This document shows, piece after piece, positions 18,793 to 25,688 of a stretch of 32,000 nt of DNA. The notes beneath the pieces are model-generated. The model had not been told where the DNA came from. It searched no databases and saw only the letters and a program-made list of their open reading frames with translations. Position 1 is the first letter of the stretch; the number at the start of each line of letters is the position of its first letter. The stretch comes from Candidatus Saccharimonadota bacterium (GTDB lineage: Bacteria; Pseudomonadota; Gammaproteobacteria; Enterobacterales; Enterobacteriaceae): positions 180,001 through 212,000 of the forward strand of contig NZ_AP018159.1 of the NCBI RefSeq assembly GCF_004296535.1, read 5' to 3'. The translations under genes and the position numbers were made by a program.

Positions 18793-21558
18793 ATGAATAA
18801 ATTTATTCATTTAAAAGTACATAGTGAATATTCAATAATTGATAGTATTATTAAAATAGAAAATCTTATTAAAAAAATTAAATTATTTAATATGAAATCT
18901 GTAGCAATAAATGATTTTTATAATTTTTTTGGTTTAATAAAATTTTATGAAGAATCTTGTAAAAATGAAATAAAACCGATTATAGGTATAGATATATTAA
19001 TAAATAATGATTTTGATAATAATAATAATAATAATTATTGTTATTTAACATTAATAGCTTGTAATTTATTAGGATATAAAAATATTATATCAATAATATC
19101 AGAATCATACATAAAATCTAAAAAAAAATATAATAAATATCCAATAGTAAATAATGATATATTATTTAAATATAAAGATGAAATCATTGTATTATCTGGA
19201 GGAATAAATGGATATATAGGAAAATCAATAATTAATAATAATAATAATAATAATTTAAAAAAATATATAAATTTATATTTAAAAACTTTTAAAGATAAAT
19301 TTTATTTAGAAATATCTAGAATAGGTCTTAAAAATGAAGAACTTTATATAAATGAATCAAAAATAATATCAAAAAAATATAATATATCCATTGTTGCAAC
19401 AAATAATGTAATTTTTATAAATAAGAATGAATTTGATATACATAATATTAAAATACTTATAAATAAAAATATACATGGAATTAAAAATAATTATACAGTG
19501 AACCAATATTTAAAATCCGAAGAAGAAATGAATAATTTATTTCTAGACATTCCAGAAGCTATAATAAATACATTTGAAATATATAAAAGATGTAATGTTA
19601 TATTAAATTTTGATAAATATTATTTACCAAAATTTTATAAAAAATTTAAATCTACAGAAAAAATCTTATATAGATATAGTAAATACAAATTATATAAAAA
19701 AATAAATGAAAAAGATAATAACATAGATTATAAAAAACATAAAATTTATTATGATAGATTATATAAAGAAATAAAAATAATAAATAAAATGGGATTTTCT
19801 GGATATTTTCTCATTGTAATGGAGTTTATAAAATGGTCAAAAAATAATGATATTCCTGTTGGACCTGGAAGAGGGTCTGGAACTGGATCATTAGTTTCAT
19901 ATGTATTAAATATAACAGAATTAGATCCTATAAAATTTAATTTAATTTTTGAAAGATTTTTAAATCCAAATAGATTATCAATGCCAGATTTTGATATAGA
20001 TTTTTGTGTAAAAAAAAGAGATTTTGTTATAAATCATATAATAAATAAATATAGTATTAATAATGTTGCTAGAATAATTACATTTAATAGTATGACAGCA
20101 AAATCATCAATAAAAGATGTAGGTAGAGTATTAAATTATCCATATGGTTTTATAAATAAAATAACAAATATAATACCTAATATACCAGGAATGACAATAT
20201 CAAAATGTTTTAAAATAAATGAATTTATGAATCTATATAATGAAAATGATGAAATTAAATATTTAATTGACGTTTCTATTAAACTAGAAGGAATAATAAA
20301 AGGAATAGGAAAACATGCTGGAGGTATAGTGATAACTCCTTGTAAAATAACTAATTTAATTCCAGTCTACTATGATAATATATATAATTGTTATATAACT
20401 CAATTTGATAAAAATGATATTGAAAAATCAGGATTAGTTAAATTTGATTTTTTAGGATTAAAAACTTTATCTTTAATAGATGAAACTATAAAATTAATTA
20501 ATATTAGATATAATAAAAATATAAACATAAATAAAATATCATTATCAGATAAAAATAGTTTTAATTTGTTAAAATTAGGATTAACAAATGCTATATTTCA
20601 ATTAGAATCTAAAGGAATAAAAAATATAATTAAAAAAATAAATCCTAATAAATTTGAAGAAATAATTGATATAATAGCTTTATTTAGACCAGGTCCTATA
20701 AAGTCTAAAATGGTTGATAATTATATAAATAGAAAAAATAAAAAAGAAAAAATATACTACCCTAGTATGGATATTAAAAGTAATATTCTTAAAAAAATAT
20801 TATATAGTACATATGGAATAATATTATATCAGGAACAAATAATAGAAATAGCACAAAAATTCTCAAATTACTCAATAATAGAAGCTGATTTATTTAGAAT
20901 AGCTATAAGTAAAAAAAATACAAAAGAAATGAGAAAACAAAAAGAAAAATTTATTAATGGAATAATATTGAAAAATAATAATATGAATTATAATACATCA
21001 GAAAAAATTTTTAATATTATTGAAAAATTTTCAGGATATGGTTTTAATAAATCACATTCAACAGCATATGCTATGATTGCATATCAAACATTATGGTTAA
21101 AATCTAATTATAAAAAAGAATTTATGCTATCTATAATGAATCTAGAAATAAATAATAATAGTAAAATAATAAATTTAATTAAAGAATGTAATAATTTGAA
21201 TATAAAAATAAATAAAATTAATATTAATTCAAGTAAATATGAATTTTATATAAATAAAAATAATGAAATTGAATATGGATTAGGATTTATAAAAGGAATA
21301 TCTGAAAATATAATAAAAAAAATAATAGATAATAGAATAAAATATGGAATTTATAAAAATATGTTAGATTTTTCTACAAGAGTAAATTTAAGTAAAATTG
21401 GAAAAAAAAATCTAGAAATATTAATTAATAATAATATTATTAATTTTGAAAAAATAAAAAACATTAATGATTTTATAAATAAATATTTTAATATATCAAA
21501 ACAATATTTTAATAATATAAATAATAAACAAATAAATTTATTTAAAAATTTAATATAA
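18793..21558 (+). CDS. dnaE: DNA polymerase III alpha subunit, C-terminally short (921 aa)
   Basis: The PHP N-terminus is FIHLKVHSEYSIIDS. Also present are MGFSGYFLIV.EFI.W...N.IPVGPGRGSG.GSLVSY.L.ITE.DP, PDFDIDF, GKHAGG.VI, FD.LGLKTL, LFRPGP, YQEQ and GYGFNKSH..AYA..AYQT.WLK. An HhH-like segment is followed by QINLF (clamp-binding-type motif) 4 residues before the TAA. Confidence 0.95.
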   Translation: MNKFIHLKVHSEYSIIDSIIKIENLIKKIKLFNMKSVAINDFYNFFGLIKFYEESCKNEIKPIIGIDILINNDFDNNNNNNYCYLTLIACNLLGYKNIISIISESYIKSKKKYNKYPIVNNDILFKYKDEIIVLSGGINGYIGKSIINNNNNNNLKKYINLYLKTFKDKFYLEISRIGLKNEELYINESKIISKKYNISIVATNNVIFINKNEFDIHNIKILINKNIHGIKNNYTVNQYLKSEEEMNNLFLDIPEAIINTFEIYKRCNVILNFDKYYLPKFYKKFKSTEKILYRYSKYKLYKKINEKDNNIDYKKHKIYYDRLYKEIKIINKMGFSGYFLIVMEFIKWSKNNDIPVGPGRGSGTGSLVSYVLNITELDPIKFNLIFERFLNPNRLSMPDFDIDFCVKKRDFVINHIINKYSINNVARIITFNSMTAKSSIKDVGRVLNYPYGFINKITNIIPNIPGMTISKCFKINEFMNLYNENDEIKYLIDVSIKLEGIIKGIGKHAGGIVITPCKITNLIPVYYDNIYNCYITQFDKNDIEKSGLVKFDFLGLKTLSLIDETIKLINIRYNKNININKISLSDKNSFNLLKLGLTNAIFQLESKGIKNIIKKINPNKFEEIIDIIALFRPGPIKSKMVDNYINRKNKKEKIYYPSMDIKSNILKKILYSTYGIILYQEQIIEIAQKFSNYSIIEADLFRIAISKKNTKEMRKQKEKFINGIILKNNNMNYNTSEKIFNIIEKFSGYGFNKSHSTAYAMIAYQTLWLKSNYKKEFMLSIMNLEINNNSKIINLIKECNNLNIKINKININSSKYEFYINKNNEIEYGLGFIKGISENIIKKIIDNRIKYGIYKNMLDFSTRVNLSKIGKKNLEILINNNIINFEKIKNINDFINKYFNISKQYFNNINNKQINLFKNLI
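19234..19254 (+). repeat. (AAT)7 microsatellite encoding poly-Asn inside dnaE
   Basis: This was counted directly. It encodes NNNNNNN. A second (AAT)6 lies at 19018-19035 in the same gene. Confidence 0.95.
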
Positions 21559-21584
21559 ATAATTTAAAAAAAATAATTAAAATA

Positions 21585-21612
21585 TTGAATTTATAAATAA
21601 ATAATATATAAT
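21585..21612 (+). promoter_or_regulatory. Candidate sigma70-type promoter for cspC (TTGAAT-16 nt-TATAAT)
   Basis: TTGAAT lies at 21585-21590 and TATAAT at 21607-21612. This would give a leader of roughly 110 nt, in keeping with the long 5' UTRs of csp genes. TATAAT-like hexamers are ubiquitous at this composition, so the G-containing -35 is the only discriminating element. Confidence 0.3.
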
Positions 21613-21726
21613 ATATACTATAAATAATTAAAAAATAATTTTAATTATATAATATAATAAATTTTTTAAATAATTTTTTTTATTTAATTTATTTACATTT
21701 AGAAAATATATTTAATTTTAAATCAA

Positions 21727-21933
21727 ATGAGAATAAAAGGTCAAGTAAAATGGTTTAATGAATCAAAAGGTTTTGGTTTTATTACTCCTAGTGATGGAAC
21801 TAAAGATGTTTTTGTTCATTTTTCTTCAATACAAGGTAGTGGTTTTAAAACATTATCTGAAGGTCAAGATGTTGAATTTGAAATACAAGAAAGTCAAAAA
21901 GGTCCTTCTGCTATAAATGTTACAACTTTATAA
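21727..21933 (+). CDS. cspC: Cold-shock-domain protein, CspC-like
   Basis: The protein is 68 aa. [68 protein letters not shown] is near-identical to E. coli CspC ([67 protein letters not shown]). RNP1 (KGFGFI) and RNP2 (VFVHF) are intact. The ORF is visibly less AT-skewed than its surroundings. Confidence 0.97.
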   Translation: MRIKGQVKWFNESKGFGFITPSDGTKDVFVHFSSIQGSGFKTLSEGQDVEFEIQESQKGPSAINVTTL

Positions 21934-21946
21934 TATTTTTTATTTT

Positions 21947-21987
21947 AAAAAAATTTACAAAATTATTTTTCATTTGTAAATTTTTTT
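21947..21987. terminator. Bidirectional intrinsic-terminator-like hairpin between convergent cspC and the manX remnant
   Basis: A perfect 15-bp inverted repeat is formed by AAAAAAATTTACAAA (21947-21961) and TTTGTAAATTTTTTT (21973-21987), with an 11-nt loop. The A7 and T7 ends would give a U-tract on either strand. The stem has only one G:C pair, so it is thermodynamically weak. Confidence 0.5.
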
Positions 21988-22005
21988 AAATAAAAATATT
22001 TTTTT

Positions 22006-22407
22006 TTAAAAATTATTTATATTTTTTATACTATTTTTACCTATTTCTATTAAAGATTTAGTTATTGTTTTTATACTTTTATTATTTTTATTCATAAAAA
22101 AATCTATTAACATTGGTAAATTAATTCCCGATATTATAGAAAATTTATATTTTTTTTCTTTAAGAATGTTATAAGATATATTAAATAAACTTCCACCAAA
22201 AATATCCGTTACACATATAATTCCATTTTTAATATTTAATTCTTCTATTTTCTTTACAAAAATATTATTAATATATTTATTTGAATCATTATCTGAGTCT
22301 AAATATATACAAGAAAAATTATTTTGTTTTCCTAATATAATTTCTAACGATTTCATAAGATAGATAGATAATCTACCATGAGTACATAATAAAATTGCTA
22401 TTTTCAT
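22006..22407 (-). CDS. manX: PTS mannose-family EIIA domain protein (ManX N-terminal IIA domain only; IIB domain absent)
   Basis: The 133-aa sequence MKIAILLCTHGRLSIYLMKSLEIILGKQNN......GIICVTDIFGGSLFNISYNIL.EKKYKFSIISGINLPMLIDF aligns with E. coli ManX residues 1 to about 130 (MTIAIVIGTHGWAAEQLLKTAEMLLGEQEN......GVLFLVDTWGGSPFNAASRIVVDKEHYEVIAGVNIPMLVETL). The phospho-His context THG is retained. The ORF stops where the ManX linker and IIB domain would start. Confidence 0.8.
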   Translation of the reverse strand: MKIAILLCTHGRLSIYLMKSLEIILGKQNNFSCIYLDSDNDSNKYINNIFVKKIEELNIKNGIICVTDIFGGSLFNISYNILKEKKYKFSIISGINLPMLIDFFMNKNNKSIKTITKSLIEIGKNSIKNINNF

Positions 22408-22437
22408 AAATAAAATAATAAAAATTATAAAAATAAA

Positions 22438-23064
22438 ATGAATAAAAATATATTATATATATACACAAGTAAATTAAAATGTAATATATTATTATTATAT
22501 AATAATAATATTATTAAAAGTAAAAAATATTCATATAAAAATCATTTAAATGTAATTTTAAAAGAATTAAATAATATTATTAAAAATAACAATATAAATA
22601 TTAATAATATAAATTTAATTTCTTCTATAAATGATCCAATTAATATATCTAGTATAAAATTTGGATTAAGTATATCACAAGGATTATCAATAGGATTAAA
22701 TATACCATTAATAAAATTATCTTTATATGAAATTATATTATATAAAATAAAAAAAAAAAATATAAAAAATAATAATAATAATAATATATTAATAATTATA
22801 AATATAACAAATAATACTTTTTTATTAGTAATATGTAAATTGAAACTTAACAAATATAAAATAAAAAAATATATATATAACTTAAAAGAAATAATAAATT
22901 ATATAATATATAATCAAAATATAAATTGGATAATAAATACTAATAATTTTAAAAACAAAATTAAAAATTTTATATATAATAAAAAAATAAAATTTATTAA
23001 TTATGGATATACAAATAATGAAATTATATTTGATATAATTAATGAAAAAATTAATATTCTTTAA
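22438..23064 (+). CDS. tsaB: tRNA t6A37 threonylcarbamoyl-transfer protein TsaB (YeaZ)
   Basis: The protein is 208 aa. The N-terminal ILYIYTS...CNILL resembles ILAIDTATEACSVAL. SSINDPINISSIKFGLSISQGLSIGLNIPLIKLS resembles [34 protein letters not shown]. It neighbours manX and cspC, as in E. coli. The sequence is eroded and contains low-complexity inserts. Confidence 0.65.
   Translation: MNKNILYIYTSKLKCNILLLYNNNIIKSKKYSYKNHLNVILKELNNIIKNNNININNINLISSINDPINISSIKFGLSISQGLSIGLNIPLIKLSLYEIILYKIKKKNIKNNNNNNILIIINITNNTFLLVICKLKLNKYKIKKYIYNLKEIINYIIYNQNINWIINTNNFKNKIKNFIYNKKIKFINYGYTNNEIIFDIINEKINIL
22749..22785 (+). repeat. A12 tract plus (AAT)6 microsatellite inside tsaB
   Basis: A12 lies at 22749-22760 and (AAT)6 at 22768-22785. 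Together they encode KKKKNIKNNNNNN. Confidence 0.9.
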
Positions 23065-24331
23065 AGTAAAATTCTATAAAATTATTTTTTAAATTTAAAT
23101 TTTTAATAAAAAAATTTTTTAAAAATTTTTTATGATTAATATTTATATAATTTATATTTTTACCATATATTATTATTTTAAAAGGTTTTTTATTTGATAA
23201 AATGTATGCATATTTTAATTTAGGTTTAATTTCTTTTTTACTATATATATTAAATAATAAATTAGATTTTTGTAATAATGTGTTTATAGTTTTAGTTTTT
23301 ATTTTTATTTTATATTTAATAAATAATTTGTATATATATTTTACTATAAAATCTACGTTATTATGTAATGCAGATATATAAAATATTCTTATATTATTAA
23401 TAATATAATATAATTTATTACTTATTTCTTTTTTATAATTTAATATACAAAACTTATCTAAACAATCTATTTTATTAAAAATTAATATTAATTTATCTAA
23501 TTTGTATATTTTTTGAATAAAAAAAATATCTTTGTTAGATAAAATATTATTCATATCAATAATATATATTATAAAATCATACTTTTTATGAATATTTAAA
23601 ATATAATTATTATATTTTTTTTTATGCTCAATATCATCTACTCCAAAAGTATCAGTAAAAATAAACTTATAATTTTTATATATTAAATAAGTATCTATAT
23701 TATTTAAGGTTGTTCCTTTACAATTCGATACCACCAATCTATCATTTTTTAAAATTTTATTAATAAAAGTAGATTTTCCTGAATTAAATTTTCCTAGTAT
23801 TAGCATATTTATATCATTTATTATATTAATACTTTTATTAAAAGTTTTTTTTTTTACATCTAAATTAATAATATATTTAAAAATATTTTTCATACCAATA
23901 TTTTTTTTTACAGATACATAATATGTATATAAAATATTTAAAGAATTAAAATTATAATTTTCTTTATATTTTTTTAAATCTATTTTATTAATTATTAATA
24001 TAATTTCTTTATTAAATTTTTTTATATAATTGAAAATTTCAAAATCTATTTTATTAAAGTTAAAAAATTCAACTATAAAAAAAATTATGTTTGATTCTAA
24101 TATCGCCATTTTAGTTTGTTTATATATATTTTCATTAAATTCTCTAGGATTATCAATTAAAGATCCAGTATCTATAATTATTATATTTTCTTTATATATA
24201 AAATTTTTGTATTCTCTATCTCTAGTAGTTCCTTTAATATTTGATATTATAGATTTAGAAGATGTTAATCTATTAAATAAAAAAGTTTTTCCAACCTTAG
24301 ATTTTCCAATTAAAGAAATTTTTATTTTCAT
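23051..24331 (-). CDS. der: Ribosome-associated GTPase Der (EngA), double GTPase domains
   Basis: The protein is 426 aa with two P-loops (GKSKVGKTFLFNRL and GKFNSGKSTFINKIL). Each is followed by TTRD/GTT, DT.G and NK.D (INKIDL; FNKIDC) motifs, and a KH-like C-terminal region follows. It is downstream of hisS, as in E. coli. Confidence 0.9.
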   Translation of the reverse strand: MKIKISLIGKSKVGKTFLFNRLTSSKSIISNIKGTTRDREYKNFIYKENIIIIDTGSLIDNPREFNENIYKQTKMAILESNIIFFIVEFFNFNKIDFEIFNYIKKFNKEIILIINKIDLKKYKENYNFNSLNILYTYYVSVKKNIGMKNIFKYIINLDVKKKTFNKSINIINDINMLILGKFNSGKSTFINKILKNDRLVVSNCKGTTLNNIDTYLIYKNYKFIFTDTFGVDDIEHKKKYNNYILNIHKKYDFIIYIIDMNNILSNKDIFFIQKIYKLDKLILIFNKIDCLDKFCILNYKKEISNKLYYIINNIRIFYISALHNNVDFIVKYIYKLFIKYKIKIKTKTINTLLQKSNLLFNIYSKKEIKPKLKYAYILSNKKPFKIIIYGKNINYININHKKFLKNFFIKNLNLKNNFIEFYFKEY

Positions 24332-24361
24332 AATAATATAAAATATTTTCTATTTTATTTT

Positions 24362-25651
24362 TTAGTTATACTTAAAAAAAAAATTTAATTTATCAATTAT
24401 TTTTTTTAAATTATTAAAACTTATTTTTTCTATCATTACATTTTTATTAAATAAAAATATTTCATTAATATTATTTTTTTTATTAATTATCAAAGAAATA
24501 TAAATATTATTTTTTTTAATAATTTTAATTTTATTTTTTATATTAGAAAAGGAATAATCAACTAATATTTTTAATTTTGGATATAAAAATCTTATCTTTT
24601 CTGATATATATATAGTAAATTTAAGAGATTTAAATTTAATTAATGATATATATATATTATATTTATTTTTTAAATATAAATTATTTTTTTTTTTATATTT
24701 ATTATCTAATATTAATAATAATCTATTCCATCCTATTGCTAATCCAACAGATGAAATATTATATTTATTATTTAATTTATTACATAAATTATCATATCTT
24801 CCTCCTGAACATATAGATAAACCATTTAAATAATTTGATTTGTATTCAAATATAATTTTTGAATAATAATTTATTCCTCTAAATAAAAAAGGATTATAAT
24901 AAAAATTTATTTTATTTAAATAAAGTAATTTTCTAAAATATTTAAAATAAATATAATCCTTTATAGTAAAGTATTTAGTTATTTTAGGACAATTTTTTAA
25001 AATAAAATTTTTTATATTATTACAACCTATATTATATTTAGACTCTAAAATGTTAAATGGGTTATTATTTATATTATTTATATTTAAATTACCAAATATT
25101 TCTTTGTTTTTGATTAAAAAATTTATAATATCATTTTTATATAAATTAATATAATTAATTCCTATATAATTAATTTCTAATATTATTTCATTAATTATTT
25201 TTATTTTTTTTAAAAATTTATTTATTATTAAAATTAATTCTATATCAATACCTATAGAATCATAACCAAAACATTCAATTCCAAATTGATAAAATTCTCT
25301 ATATCTACCTAATTGAGTATTTTCATATCTAAACATTGGTCCAAAATACCACCATTTATTTTTTTGACCTCTAAAAAAACCATTTTCCAATCCAAATCTT
25401 ATACAACAAGATGTTCCTTCTGGTCTTAATACAAAATTTTTATTTTTAATATAAAACATTTGATTTATTAAATTATTATTTAATCCTATAGAATTTTTAA
25501 ATAAATAATCATATTCTAATAACGGAAATATTATTTCATTATAACCATAAGAAATAACTATTTTTTTTATTTCATTTAAAATGATATTCCATCTAAATAA
25601 ATAAATATAATCATAATCTTTAAATCCTTTAATCTTTTTAATATTTTTCAT
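24362..25651 (-). CDS. hisS: Histidyl-tRNA synthetase
   Basis: The protein is 429 aa. Motifs are GFKDY, LRPEGT, W.Y.GPMFRYE..Q.GRYREF.Q.G.E.FG (motif 2), GGRYD and GLAIG..RL (motif 3). Confidence 0.93.
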   Translation of the reverse strand: MKNIKKIKGFKDYDYIYLFRWNIILNEIKKIVISYGYNEIIFPLLEYDYLFKNSIGLNNNLINQMFYIKNKNFVLRPEGTSCCIRFGLENGFFRGQKNKWWYFGPMFRYENTQLGRYREFYQFGIECFGYDSIGIDIELILIINKFLKKIKIINEIILEINYIGINYINLYKNDIINFLIKNKEIFGNLNINNINNNPFNILESKYNIGCNNIKNFILKNCPKITKYFTIKDYIYFKYFRKLLYLNKINFYYNPFLFRGINYYSKIIFEYKSNYLNGLSICSGGRYDNLCNKLNNKYNISSVGLAIGWNRLLLILDNKYKKKNNLYLKNKYNIYISLIKFKSLKFTIYISEKIRFLYPKLKILVDYSFSNIKNKIKIIKKNNIYISLIINKKNNINEIFLFNKNVMIEKISFNNLKKIIDKLNFFFKYN

Positions 25652-25688
25652 TATTTTTTAAAAAAAATTATTTTTTAAATTATTTATT

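Noticed and set aside
22542-22853. 103-aa minus-strand ORF inside tsaB
   Set aside because: It is antisense to tsaB and runs through the A12/(AAT)6 tract, giving poly-F/L/I. tsaB is an eroded call, so I considered whether this ORF was the real gene. However, the plus-strand product carries the TsaB GLSISQGLS..IPLI block and the correct synteny.
24030-24341. 103-aa plus-strand ORF overlapping the der 5' end
   Set aside because: It is antisense to the first GTPase domain of der, including the P-loop region, so it is a shadow ORF.
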